From assembly GCA_964016885.1 (NCBI GenBank), contig OZ024742.1, positions 83,452,001-83,516,000 of the forward strand: a stretch of 64,000 bases of DNA. Direction: 5' to 3'. The stretch is from Eledone cirrhosa. Its lineage: Eukaryota. Position 1 is the first letter of the stretch; each line of letters opens with the position of its first letter. Below the pieces are notes generated by a model. It ran no database searches. It had not been told where the DNA came from and saw only the letters and a program-made list of their open reading frames with translations. Shown here one piece after another: positions 41,894 to 55,112 of the stretch. A program made the translations under genes and the position numbers.

Positions 41894-42520
41894 CACGCAT
41901 ACATATGTATAATACAGAACATAAATGACTCGAACATATGCCTTTCACATTACATTTCGTGCTCATCATATTTTGGCCTCACTAGACTCGAAACCAGAAT
42001 AATATTTATTCTATCATGACGTGTTACCGCGTATATAATTGTCTTATAAGTTGTTTCTCTTTCTATGGGTATTATGCATTAAACTCATCTTCGTGTTGCA
42101 TGCCGTCAACGATGTCAGATCTGGAAGCAAGAAGATCAGTCATCTAAGCAACAGTAATTTTTTAAATCCACTGAAACACTTCTCCCATTTCGGATATTGT
42201 TATGTTGTACCAACAACTTTGGCTATGACATGTTTTCAACTGAACAAATATTTCTTCCCCCAAATAACTAAACTTCGTAATACTTTTGTCTGCTGGGTGT
42301 TTTTTGTTTCTTTTATCAAACATTAAATTATTTTATTTTTGTTTAATAATCTTTCTCTTTTAATTTCATTTAAAAATTCAAATAAAAATCATATCCCCCA
42401 TGTTATTTGAACAAATAAAACAAATGAAAAAATACTTTCATAACAAATTAGAAATAAAGCAATGCTTAAATGTATCTGAAAACAAAAAAGAGCTGTTTTC
42501 GAAGTATTTGAAATTATATA

Positions 42521-42612
42521 CAGAGTATCCCAAAAAAATGTTTACACACTTCAACAGCATTCTAATAAATATTGCCTCTACAGATAATCAAAGTATGTAT
42601 ACATTTTTGGGA
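42521..42612. mobile_element. Small Tc1/mariner-type MITE remnant
   Basis: ta-cagagtatcccaaaaaaatgtttacacactt pairs with aagtatgtatacatttttggga; the right end is eroded. Confidence 0.55.
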
Positions 42613-42682
42613 GGTGGGTAACCGCAATTAAAAAGGGGTAGTCAATACATTGGTAGATTATAGGCATCTTTATTATATAAAT

Positions 42683-42763
42683 ATGACTTCTACAGGACTA
42701 GAATTACTTCATTCGTATGAAATCATCATACAAATGAAACTGTTCTAGTCCTGTAGAAGTCAT
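42683..42763. repeat. Fold-back hairpin centred on an HHR stem II
   Basis: atgacttctacaggactagaa..ttcattcgtatg(aaatcat)catacaaatGAAACtgttctaGTCctgtagaagtcat. Confidence 0.8.
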
Positions 42764-42955
42764 TTCTATATGCACGTTATATATATAGACGATTCTATTA
42801 GGAACAAACTAGACGTTCCTGATAGAATCATCTAAATTCGTGAAACCTTGGGTAATGGAATAATTACATTGTGTTGTTTATTACTTAATTAAATAGCTCT
42901 GTACTATACATAGAGAACTCTTCTCTCCTTTGCCTATTTTCTACGGAAATACATA

Positions 42956-43009
<54 letters not shown>

Positions 43010-43115
43010 GATTTCTTTATTAACCACAAGGGTTTACATAAAGTAGACATTAAGGACAGTGCAGGACAATACAGGACGGTACAAATGAGCATTTCTGCGT
43101 GTAAAAAACAAAAAC

Positions 43116-45233
43116 TTCGTATTCTCTTAGTGCCGATAGCCTCGATGTGTTTGGCGTTCGACACCACTACTTGACATCGTCCGCATATGCAAACACGGAT
43201 CGTCCGCATCCTAGTTCGCGCGGGACGCCCCTCAACTTCTCCAGTTTGTGCAGTAATGGCTCGAGAGTCAATACGTACAAGAGGGACGAGAGGGGACATC
43301 CTTGGCGGACCGAGCGCATGATGTTGAACGGTTCCGAAAGGTGACCGTTCACTCTCACCACAGAGCAGATGTCGCTGTGCATGGCAGCGATCCAGCCTCT
43401 GAAGACGGGCCCAAAGCCAGCCGCCCTCAGGACTGCCGCTAGGTAACGATGGTCGACCCTATCGAAAGCTTTCGACTTATCTAAATTGATCAAGGACCCA
43501 CCCGTGCCAGGTTCCCTAGCTACCCTCTCTACGATGTATCGCATGAGGTGGAGGTTGTCGTGGATGGATCTGTCGGGAATGGCGCATGTCTGCGCCTCTC
43601 CCACCAGACCACCAACGACAAGCGCCAAACTCTTTGTTAGCACCTTGACCAAAATCTTGAACTCTGTGTTTAGCAGAGTTATGCGCCTGAAATTATCTAT
43701 GTTATCCCCCTTGTTCGGATCCTTTCTCGGCAGTGCCACCGCTCCTCGGCTCACAGAGCTGGGAATTCTCCCGTTCTGTTGCCAGTTGCAGTAGACGTCC
43801 GCCAAGAAGCCTCCGAACAAGTCTGGCATCTGTACGTAAAGTTCATAGGGCAGACCATCGACACCAGGCGATTTACCCCTTGTGCAGCCAGTCGTTGCCT
43901 CCCGTACTTCAGCGGCTGTTATCGGCTTTTCGCAACACTCCGCCTCAGTGGCCGAGAGCCGCGGCAGTCCGTCGAGGTAGACACTAAAGTCCATCCCTCG
44001 ACCCGGCCCACCGCTGCCCCCGAAGAGCTGAGCGAAGTGTCGCTGAAAAGCTTCACACATTTGCCCGGGATCGAGTAGCATGCGCCCGTCGTGGTCCACC
44101 AAAGACCGGATCGTGGCTTTGTTGCCACGACGCGCCTCCGCCACTCGGGCCCATTGAACGGCTTGCGTCCCCTCGTGTCTGATAGCACGCACCCTAGCTC
44201 TGACAACGCAGCCTTCGTGCTTTGCATAGAAGAATTGGTCAAGGGCCAATTTCGCCGCAAGCACGTCGGTCGCGATGCCTTTGCTAAGCGCCTCGTCTAA
44301 TTTTCTAACTAGTTCTCCCTCTGCTCTATTTTTCTCTATTGCTAAAGCCTTACTAAACCTAATGGATTCTACTCTAATCGCTCTTTTCAGAGCAAACCAC
44401 CACTTGTTGTTGACGATGGCCCCCGTCAACAACGGCTTAACTAGTTCGCTAATCCGATCTCTGTAGGCCTTGCGCGCTGGTAAGGACGCGTTTAGCTTCC
44501 AGTAGCCGGGTCCTCGTCTATGAAGCCTATCTAAGTCAAGCACACAGATCACAAATTTGTGGTCCGTGTAGCTGACTATCTTGAATTGTGGACAGCCTAT
44601 GCTAGACCTATCTATTTCCCTACAAAATACTCTATCTAGATATGATCTGGATGACCCTATGCGATTTTTCCAAGTCTACATTGGCACATTCGGGAAATCC
44701 AATCGGTACCTGTCAGACAGTTCAAAACGCCTGAGCAGGTTGGTTAGGCTCTTGCACCCTCCACCCCTATCCGCTAATCCCACACAGTCCCAGCGTGCAT
44801 CTAAGATCCCGTTCCAGTCGCCCACTAACACTAAAGAGCGGGACGTTCCAAGAAAGGTCTCCAGACGCCGGAAGAAATCAGGCCGCCCTGCTCCTGTCGG
44901 GGCATAGACGGCCACTAGCCTGAAAGCTTGCCCGTCTCCGTTGGTCACGTCCAGCACCACCAACTTACCCTCTGGGTCCAGGAAGATGGCCCGTATGGCG
45001 AGATCCAAACCTCTCCGAAAAAGCACAGCAACTCCTCCTCCCGATCCAGGTCGGCTGGGAGATGCGTACACATCGTAGCCGCCGAAGATCGGTGCGAAGG
45101 CTTCGGAGATTCTGGTCTCGCTGATGGCCACTACATCTATGTTTAGTGACCTGCGGTCGTTGAGCAGGTGACCCTGCTTCCATGACGCCCCCAAGCCACG
45201 CGCATTTATGCTGCCTATTCTGAGTGAGGTCAT
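43116..45233 (-). pseudogene. Tx1 ORF2 (APE and RT through YADD), disrupted and truncated
   Basis: MTSLRIGSINARGL, VYAP, VGDWN, GPGYWKLN, KSPGVDGLP, KAFDRVDH, RQGCPLS, AYADDV. Confidence 0.95.
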
Positions 45234-45239
45234 GTTTAA

Positions 45240-47124
45240 AATAGAGTGGAAAAGATGGGAAAGACCACTTACCGTACTTTTCGTAGAGGAAGGATGGTTT
45301 GTCCAGCCTTTTCACTTGATCGTCTGGTGAAGGGACCGTTGAATCGTCCCTTCGTTTTTCTGGGGGCGGGGTTTGGTTCTGCTATTTTCTTGTCGTTGTT
45401 GCTGGGTGTGTGTGTTTTGTTGTTGTGTTTGCGTTGTTGGTGCTTGTGGTGGTGGTGTTGAAGGTGTTGTTGTTGTTGGCGGTGGGGTTGTCGCCGGTGG
45501 TGATGGTGGTGCTAGTGTGGGTGGTGTTGCTGCTGTGTCTCTTTGCAGTAGCCTTTACCCTTTTTTTCATTTCTTTCCTCCCTTTTCGAAGGCGACGATG
45601 CGCTGCTCTGCTTTGTTCCTTCTTACGACTTTTTGCCATCCCTCTCCCACCTCACACTCCATGTCTGATTCCGTGAGGTCGGGGAGGGGTACCAGCTCCA
45701 CTCTTTCACTTGTTGTTGTTGGTGATGTTTGCACTGGAGTCTCTGTTGCAGCTGCATTTGGTATTGCTGTTGTTGTTGTTAATACTTCCACTGCTGCTGC
45801 TGTGTTTGATTGCCGTGGCGTGGGTATGGGTGCCACGGACCTATCGTTCCTGGTTGCCGTTTGTCCTGTTGCTGGTAGCCGTGGAGCCGGTTTCTGAAGG
45901 AGGGGGGTTTTCTCCTTTCTCAGGGTCTTCTCGTTGCAGAAGGCCCTGAGGTGAATCTTCGATCCACAGCGAAAGCATTTCGGGCGTTTGCCCTCAACAC
46001 TTATGGGCAGTTGAGTGCCGTTATCGAAGTCTATCGCATCCGGGATAGCTCCTGGTTGGTTTGGATTAACATCTCAATAGAGGTGCCGACCCAATCTTCT
46101 CTTACTTTTTTCTGTACTTGCAGTACAGTTGTTTTGTCCTCGATTCCGACGAGGATAGACGCGGCCAGCCAAGAAGGGGCTATCCCGGGGCGTCGGCGTG
46201 GGTCAGTTTGACGCTCACAATTTTTTGCCCGCAGTAGGAGGGCACCAACACCATTTCCTCGCTCCTTAGGGTCACTAAGGATTGAGCCTTTGCCTCCTGG
46301 GGTGTGGCAAAAAGCACGTCTACGGTGGCATATTTCTTGCCTCGGGTGATGTGCCTTTTCCGCTGCCACACAGACCCTAAGGCTTTTTGTATTTGAGCCT
46401 CTGTGGCTCTTTCAACCCTATGGGATTTTGTGCTTACTGTACGGTACGTGACCGTACAGTGCTGTTGGGTTTCGAAAATTTTTTCGGCTGCCTTGCAGAT
46501 TGCTCGGTGTCCGGTTTTTGTCACCATCTTCTTCGCTTCCTCTAATTCCTCATTTGTTATGAGGATGGTTTCCAGGTTCTTTGCGATACCTGCAAACGAG
46601 ATTGGTTTTTCTTTGCTGCTGTTGTTGTTGTTGTTGTCGTCAGAGCTGCTGTTAATTTTGTTGTTGCTGCAGGTACTACGACTACTGCTGCCGCCGCTGT
46701 TGCTGTGGTTGTTGTTGTTGTTGCTGCTTCAGCTGTTGTTGTTGCTGCTAATGCTGTTGTTGTTTATGCTGCTGCTGATGCTGTTGCGGCTGCTACTGTT
46801 GTTTTCCTTGTCACTGTTGCTGCTGCTGCTGTTATTACGGCTGCTAATGCTATTATTCCTGACGTCAGACGAATGAAATGGGTTTTCGTATTTCCCGCAC
46901 ACCTTTTTCGTCGTTGTCGTTGTCGTCGTCGTCGTGGAGAAATCTTGCACGCTTTGCACGTGATTTTTCTTTTCTGGCGTCGCTTGCGAAAGAGAAGGGA
47001 GGGAGAGAGACACATTTAGAGAAGGGAGGGAGAGAGACAATCTTCTCTCTGCTATAGTGACGATTGAGGAAGAAGAAGACGGAATGAGTGGGAGTGACCT
47101 ATGAAAATTCTTTTTCGTAGCCAT
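45240..47124 (-). pseudogene. Tx1 ORF1 (gag-like), disrupted
   Basis: MATKKNFH start; homologous to 31652-32329 (VTY.TVS..SHRVERATEAQI, LVPSYCGQKIV); knuckle CFRCGSKIHLRAFC at ~45935-45978. Confidence 0.87.
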
Positions 47125-47340
47125 GTTTTTTTTTTTGTTTAAAATAAATATTGGGCACAAAACCCCAATAAGCGGTTATTTAACCCCGAAGGGCCAAATA
47201 ACGGGCAGAAAGACCCGTCTCACGAGGAGGAGGGTGTTTTTGTCTACAATTTGGTTAATGTTTTAAACAATTTACATTTGTTATAGCGGTCAAATTTTAC
47301 AATACCTTACAGAGTCGAGCCTCCGTCAACCATAGCATTC

Positions 47341-47385
<45 letters not shown>

Positions 47386-47387
<2 letters not shown>

Positions 47388-49468
47388 TTTTTTTTATTAA
47401 CCACAAGGGTTTACATAAAGTAGACATTAAGGACAGTGTAGGACAATACAGGACAGTACAAATGAGCATTTCTGCGTGTAAAAAACAAAAACAGAGGATG
47501 TAACAAAAAAATAACAATGAAAAATTCCCCAATAGGGACATATGTGGAGAAAGCCCAGTAAAAGGCCACAGTGACCCTGACCACCAAGGCAAGTGCCCTC
47601 TCCCAGTTTTCCACCTTTAATTTACAGATACGTACTCAGCGTATGCCCATTCACTCGGGCCATTCTTGCTTCTCTCACCCATCTTTCAACAAAATGCTGG
47701 GAAGAGAGCACTTCCCTCTCTACCCTGATTTTCCTTTTCAAATGAAATTTGAAAAAGTTAATCAGGGCATCACCGAAGAGGTAAGTGCTCGTCTTCAGCC
47801 CTTTCAAACGTGTCCACCATACTATCTCTTTCGTCATGGCCACCAGACAGATAAAAACTGCCTGCCCTTCCCGACTAAAGGTAGAGGGCGAGGAAATCCT
47901 CACGATGGACTCAGATGATAGCCGGATCCGTCCTGCACGTGACAGCAGGTATTCGACGTAAATCCACAAGTCAGCAATTTTCGGACACTGGACGAGTGCG
48001 TGCAGGACGGTTTCGTCGCCCTGCGCACATCTAGGACATGCCCGGCTGACGGCATCTCCATGCCTGTAGAGTTTATCCGGAACTGGCAAGGCTCCTCGGT
48101 AGCACTGCCAGGCCAGAGATTTCTGGAAGTTGTCCATAGGTCCCGGCCAGAAAGTTCTTCCGAAGAGATTGGCTAGTTGATTTTCGTCGACGCCTAGACT
48201 TTCCTCAAGTACGTCGTCGCTCTTCCCCTCCGCTAATCCTCTATAGAACGCCGAGGTGGAGTTTCCACCGATCACATTGCCCGATTGGTCGAGGGCTGTG
48301 AGCACCTGAAGACATTCCAGTCTCCAGGCGCTCCCTCTCGGTCTTCGCTTGACCCAGGACTGCAGCTCCGTCAAGGAAACGAGCTGGGGAAATACGTGTC
48401 TAGCAAACGGCGACCACACCTGATCACCGTCGAGGAAGAGGTGGAAATGTCGTAGCCTGAGCGCGTGTCTGCGCATCATCAGCCACGGCATGCCCAGCCC
48501 TCCACGTAGCGGGTGTTGACAGCAGATGGACCGCCTGACCATCGGAGCGCGTCCCTTCAACAAAAAGCGAAAGAGCAAACGCTCCAGCGCAGTCAGGCGG
48601 GGCTTAGGACAAGGTACGACGGTCAGGCGGTAGCAGATGACAGACGCGATGTACGCGTTAGCCACCTCCGCTCGACCTTTCAGGGATAGCTTCCTCTCCG
48701 CCCATTTCTGGGTGAGAGAAGCCACCCTGCTCGTCACCTCGTCCCAGTTTTTGTCCGTCTGGAGGTCCGGACCGAACCAGACCCCTAGAAATTTAACCGG
48801 TCCGTCCGTCCAGCGCCCGACGACGTTGTTGGACGGCATGGACCTGCCTCTCCAGGTGCCGAGCTGCAGGCCCACTGACTTTTCCTGGTTGATCATTGCT
48901 CCTGTCACCGCTTCGTATTCTCTTAGTGTAGTGCCGATCGCCTCGATGTGTTTGGCGTTCGACACCTCTACGGTGACATCGTCCTCATGTGCTGACACGG
49001 ATCTTCCGCATCCTAGTTCGCGCGGGACGCCCCTCAACGTCTCCAGTTTGTGCAGTAATGGCTCGAGAGTCAATACGTGCAAGAGGGACGAGAGGGGACA
49101 TCCTTGGCGGACCGAGCGCATGATGTTGAACGGTTCCGAAAGGTGACCGTTCACTCTCACCACAGAGCAGATGTCGCTGTGCATGGCAGCGATCCAGCCT
49201 CTGAAGACGGGCCCAAAGCCAGCCGCCCTCAGGACTGCCGCTAGGTAACGATGGTTGACGCTATCGAAAGCTTTCGACTGATCTAAATTGATCAAGGACC
49301 CACCAGTGCCAGGTTCCCTAGCTACCCTCTCTACGATGTATCGCATGAGGTGGAGGTTGTCGTGGATGGATCTGTCGGGAATGGCACATGTCTGCGCCTC
49401 TCCCACCAGACCACCAACGAAAATTTACAATACCTTACAGAGCCGAGCCTCCGTCAACCATAGCATTC
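47386..49468 (-). mobile_element. Tx1/L1-clade LINE copy B: both termini present, ~3.7-kb internal deletion
   Basis: The first 48 bp of the 5' end are joined at 49420/49421 to the middle of RT; complete 3' UTR; (AAT)n on both sides. Confidence 0.95.
47622..49406 (-). pseudogene. Tx1 ORF2 C-terminal 594 aa, open but with mutated RT motif
   Basis: RQGCPLS, AHEDDV in place of YADD, KFLGV, GGLG, CPRC..DETVLHALVQC. Confidence 0.92.
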
Positions 49469-49529
<61 letters not shown>

Positions 49530-49532
<3 letters not shown>

Positions 49533-52500
49533 GAAATGAATGAGAATGAACTTGCCAACTTGAAGGATGAAATTATGATCGAATGGATGAAAATGAAAGA
49601 ATCTGACATGGGGCAACGAGACACCCTCCCTAAGATCCAGAACTCCAAACAGAACCAAAAGATAATACACAAGACTAACATAATTCTCAAAAACATTATC
49701 ATCACAAACAAACTAAACATTACTGACTTAAATCATCTCTATTATGCATCGGCTAAAGTCACCACTCACTTATGTGGAGTGAAGATGAAAAAACAAAGGA
49801 ATTCCCACCAGAAATCTACTTGGCAAGATAACATCAATCGCCAAATAAACCTTCTCCGATCTGACATAGAAATTTTAACAAACTATAAAGTAGGTGAACA
49901 TGTTAAACAAACTAAACTTAGAAAATTGAAAAAAAAGTACAGTATAAGATCAACATGTGACATAGACATGCTGATAGAAACAATCAAGCAAAAAGTGTCG
50001 GCCAAAGCTGCTCGTATAAGGCGCTTTGAAAAACGATCTAGATTCTATAGGGACAATAATATGTTCAAAAACAACCAAAGAAACTTCTACAGAAAAATTG
50101 GTAAGTCAACAATAACTGCTAAATCAATACCACCCAAGGAGGAAGTGCAAGAATTCTGGGAAAAGATCTGGGCCGAAGAAAAAGTTCATAACATACATGC
50201 CCCATGGATAGACAGACAAATGAAAGAAACAGCTCACCTTGAAGAACAAACATGGGAAAATATAACAGTTGAACAGCTGGGCTTGGCTCTAAGAAAAACC
50301 AGCAAATGGAAATCCCCAGGAAAAGACAAAATACAAAACTTTTGGATAAATGCCTTCACAGAGTCTCATGAGCTGTTAGCCCAACTTTACAATGAAATAG
50401 TTAAGGAGCCAGAAAAGATACCACCATGGCTAGTTAACGGCATTACATTCCTGCTACCGAAGAATGATGAGACAAACAATCCCAAAAATTACAGACCGAT
50501 AACCTGCTTGACCACAATGTATAAAATTTTAACATCAGTCCTAACTGAATACACATATGACCACCTGATAACAAATGACCTATTTCCCATTGAGCAGAAA
50601 GGGTGTAAACGAGGCTCATATGGCTGTAAGGATCAGCTTCTGGTTAACAAAATGATACTGGAAGATTGTCATAATAGACACAAAAATCTATCGATTGCTT
50701 GGATAGATTATAAAAAAGCATTCGATAGTTTGCCACACAGTTGGATTGAAAAATGTTTAGAGATTTTCAAAATATCCCCCGTTGTCAGGAGGTTTTTGTC
50801 ATTCAGTATGAGGACATGGAGAACGACACTCCTTTTGAATAGTGAAACAAAATCACTGGAAGCTGGAGAAGTTAATATTAATTGTGGAATTTTTCAGGGT
50901 GACTCTTTATCACCGCTTTTATTCTGCATCGCACTTATACCATTAAGTAAAATGCTCAATGAAACAAAACATGGATATAGAGTCTATGACAAAACCATTA
51001 ATCACCTGTTCTACATGGATGACCTGAAACTATTTGCAAAAAATGATTAACAATTGCAAGGGCTATTATCCACTGTGAAGCAGTTCAGTGATGACATTAA
51101 AATGGAGTTTGAACTGGATAAATGCGCCAAAGCAACGTTCACCAGAGGAAAGCTGCTGAAGAGTTCAGACATTAATCTTGATCGGGGGAACGTGATAAGA
51201 GAGCTTGATCAAGAAAAAACTTACAAATATCTAGGTGTTTGTGAAGGAGACGGAATCAAGCACTCGACAATGAGGGAAAGGATAAGGAAGGAATGTTACC
51301 GCAGAGTCAGAGCAATCTTAAGAACGGAATTGAATGCAAGGAATAGGATCGATGCCATAAACACGCTTGCCATACCAGTAGTAACCTACAGTTACAATGT
51401 CATCAACTGGTCAAGCACAGAGATCCGTAGGCTCGATACAAAAATCCAAAAATTCTTAACCATGCACAGAATGCATCACCCTAAGGCAGACATAGATAGA
51501 ATATATCTCCCTAGGAAAGAAGGAGGACGTGGGTTAATCCAGTTAGACATTGCGTTGAAAACTGCAACAATTGGATTATCCACATATCTAAGGGAATCAC
51601 ATTATTGGATGATCAAACTCGTTTTGAAACACGAAAGCACCAAAAGATCATATTCCATTACAAAAGATGCACAAAGATACAGTAATGGACTACAAATTTC
51701 AGAAGTCCCATTTACTGCTGAAATGGAAAACACAGAAAAAGCAAAGCAGGTAAAAGTAACTGCAAAGAAAGAACTGCTACAGAAACTGGCTAAGAAATGG
51801 CAAGAAAAGCCGCTGTATGGAAAATACCCAGAGCGAGCTAACAATCCTGATGTTGACAAAACTTTAACCCATCAGTGGTTGGCATCCTCTGGACTGAAAT
51901 CGGAGACTGAAGGACTGATTATATCGGCACAAGATCAGTGTCTGCCAACAAAAAATTACCAAGCCAACATAATAAAAAATGGGTGCAGCCCATTATGCCG
52001 TGTATGCAAAAAACAACCAGAGACCATTGACCATATAATTTCAATGTGCAGTCCTATAGCTCCAACCGAATACCTAAACAGGCATGACAGAGCTGCACAA
52101 TACATACATTGGATAATGTGTAAGCATTTTGACCTGCCCCATCAAAAGAATTGGTGGGAGCATCAACCACCTCCCATACTTGAAAAAGATCACATCTCAA
52201 TCTTGTGGAACTTTAGCATCCAAACAGACCGAAAAATAGATGCAAATAGACCTGATATAATATTGAAGGACTTTCAAAGGAGGGTATGCCTGCTAATTGA
52301 TATGTCTGTTCCAATAGACAAGAATGTATCTATAAAAACACTTGAAAAATTGAGCAAGTATAAGGACCTGGAGATAGAAATTGGAAAAATGTGGAAATTG
52401 AGAACTAAAACAATACCAGTGGTTGTAGGCGCTCTGGGAATGATACCTAAGGGGTCTAACGACTACTTATCGCAAATCCCAGGAAACCCGCGTATAGGAG

Positions 52501-52702
52501 AAATACAAAAGATAGTACTAATGGGAACTGCCCATATACTAAGGAAGATCCTGTCAATATAAGTACATCACAAGTCTAAACACTGAGGATGCATGTGTGA
52601 ATATGTATGTTCTTTCTTGAACATGGCGGACCTTGTTGTCTCTTGAGGTCACTGGTTGTGACTTGGTGATAACTCGTATAAACATAAAGCAAGATAAATG
52701 CA
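49530..52702 (+). mobile_element. R4/Dong-type non-LTR retrotransposon (RT plus restriction-like endonuclease), probably 5'-truncated
   Basis: Single long frame with one stop; flanked by (AAT)n at 49469-49529 and 52703-52723. Confidence 0.93.
49536..52562 (+). pseudogene. RT-RLE polyprotein (~1008 codons) with one in-frame TAA at 51048-51050
   Basis: WKSPGKD, NYRPITCL, IDYKKAFDS, GIFQGDSLSPLLF, YMDDLK, YKYLG, GGRGL, CRVC...ETIDHIISMC, RHD, RPD...ID, K..KY. Confidence 0.95.
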
Positions 52703-52723
52703 AATAATAATAATAATAATAAT

Positions 52724-55112
52724 CTCTGAGGCGGAACAAACTAAAACATTCTGGAGAGGAATATGGGAGCAGGATGTTAAACATAGTGACCAGGAAGTGT
52801 GGATTGAGACAGTACAGAAGGAGATCAGTGAACAGGCACACCAACAAACTGATTTGTGTATCACAGTTGAAACTCTTAAGGGGCAGGCCAGAAAACTAAC
52901 CAACTGGAAATCACCTGGCCCAGATGGTGTGCAGGGATATTGGATTAAAAACATAACATCCCTCCACCCGAAACTGACAACCATGTTCAATGACTGCTTG
53001 ATGTCAGGTGGGGTACCAGAGTGGTTGACAAAAGGTACCACAGTTCTGATAATGAAAGACCGAATCAAGGGTAATGATGTTACCAACTATAGACCTATCA
53101 CATGTCTGTCCGTAATGTGGAAACTGTTGACAAGCATTATGTCTGAGGAAATCTACCATCACCTCCACACAAACAACTTGTTACCGGACGAACAGAAAGG
53201 ATGCCGAAAGAAGTCACGTGGTACAAAGGACCAGTTACTTATTGATAAGATGGTAATGAGGATTTGCAAGACACTGGTCTTGCCATGAGATGGATAGACT
53301 ACAAAAAAGCATTTGACATGGTGCCTCATTCTTGGATCACCAAAAGCCTGGAGATCTTCAAGGTGGCAGATAACATCAGACAGTTGTTGGGCAAAAGTAT
53401 GAAGTCCTGGGAAACAGAGTTAACATCAACTGGAGAATCCTTGGGAAGCGTGAAGATCAAGAGAGGTATCTTCCAGGGAGATAGTCTGTCCCCTCTGTTG
53501 TTTGTCCTTGCCCTGATGCCCCTGACCAGTGTACTGCGAAAAGTGAGAGCAGGATACAGGTTGGGAAAGGGAGGGCTTACCATCAATCACCTCCTCTTCA
53601 TGGACGATCTTAAGCTCTTCGGGAAGAGTGAGAATGAGTTGGATGTGCTTGTTGACACTGTCCGTATTTTCAGCAATGATATATGTATGCAATTTGGCAT
53701 TAGTAAGTGTGGAGTCATTGTGATGAGGAGGGGTAAGTTGAGCAGAAGTAACGGAATCCAGATACCAACAGGTGAGATGATAAAGGAAATTGACTCTGAG
53801 GAAGGATACAAGTATTTGGGCGTTCTGGAGGCTGATGGCATAAAGAACAAACAAATGAAGGAATTGTTAAGAACTGAATACATTCGGAGAGTAAGGAGCG
53901 TATTGAAGTCACATCTGAACAGCAGAAATGCCATAAGCGCAGTAAATTCTCGAGCTGTGTCTATTATTAGGTACAGTGCGAGAATTCTGAGATGGAATGT
54001 TGCTGAACAAAAAGAAATGGATAGGAAGACTAGGAAGCTATTGACTATCTACAATATGTTCCATAAGAGGAGTGATGTCGATAGACTCTACTTAAGGAGA
54101 TCTGAAGGTGGAAGAGGTCTTATCAGCATAAAGGACTGTGTTCAGATGGAGAAAAACAACCTACACAAATACGTGACTGATAGTAAGGAGCCAATGCTCA
54201 GAACTGTACTGAAGGAGGGGGCAATAGGCCAGGGGATGTCCAAGGAGGAAATAACATCAAGGAGAAAGAGCAGCCTTCAGGAAAAATCCCTTCATAGTAC
54301 CTTCTTTGAGAAAACTTAATTTAGAGATCCACAGACATGGAACTGGTTGAAAAGAGGAGACCTTAAAAAGGCTACAGAAGGAATGTTAATGGCAGCGCAG
54401 GAGCAGGCCCTCAAAACGAAGTGGTTGAAACACCACATTTACAAGGAGGAGGCTAGCCCACTGTGCAGGATCAGTGGAGAGAGAGAGGAGACTGTGGCTC
54501 ACATTGTATCCGAGTGTAAACACCTAGCCCAGACTCACTATAAGGGCTGGAGACATGATGTGATGGGCAGGGTGATCCACTGGCACCTATGCAAAGTAAA
54601 CAATTTACCACATTCTGAGAAGTGGTATGAGCATAAGCCAGAGGCGGTGATAGAAAACGATCAGGTGAAGGTGCTGTGGGATTTTAGGATACAGACGGAC
54701 AAGAAACTGGAACACAATAGACCTGACCTGGTGGTTGTGGACAAAGAAAAAAGATCGTGCCTGATTGTGGATGTGGCCTGCCCATTCGACACGAGAGTGC
54801 AAGAGAAGGAGAGGGAGAAAATTAACCGATACCAGGACTTAAAGTGGGAGGTAAAAAGGATTTGGAACTGCCATGAAGTCAAAGTGATCCCGATTGTCAT
54901 AGGCGCACTAGGGACTATCTCAAAAAGTTTCCAGGGATGGTTAAAGAAAATTGGCCCCTTCACGCTTTTTGGAACGCTTCAAAAGGCATACTTTCTGGGA
55001 ACAGCAAGAACCCTCCGATACGTCCTGAATATCTGAGGCTGCAGGTAGTGGCTTGATATTCATTTCAACAAACTTTCCAGTTAACTAACATCAATGACTG
55101 AGACTCAAAGAG
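52724..55112 (+). mobile_element. Second R4/Dong-type LINE, a different family, 5'-truncated and disrupted
   Basis: NWKSPGPDGVQGYW, GIFQGDSLSP, FMDDLK, WRHD, NRPDLV..VDVACP; frameshift near 53270 and stop at 54317; ends in (AAT)n. Confidence 0.93.

Larger units (their letters stand above)
43010..47340 (-). mobile_element. Tx1/L1-clade LINE copy A: both termini present, ~1.4-kb internal deletion
   Basis: ORF1 plus APE and RT up to YADD, then joined at 43115/43116 to the last ~105 bp of the 3' UTR; (AAT)n on both sides. Confidence 0.95.

Noticed and set aside
43115-49421. Spliced (intron-like) origin of the Tx1 internal deletions
   Set aside because: The deleted segments are not bounded by GT..AG on the sense strand.
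27807-55036. Intact, active retrotransposon CDS or bacterial-type RT system (retron, DGR, group II intron)
   Set aside because: Motifs are those of non-LTR APE and RLE elements, and every copy has stops, frameshifts or deletions; antisense ORFs are shadows of these.
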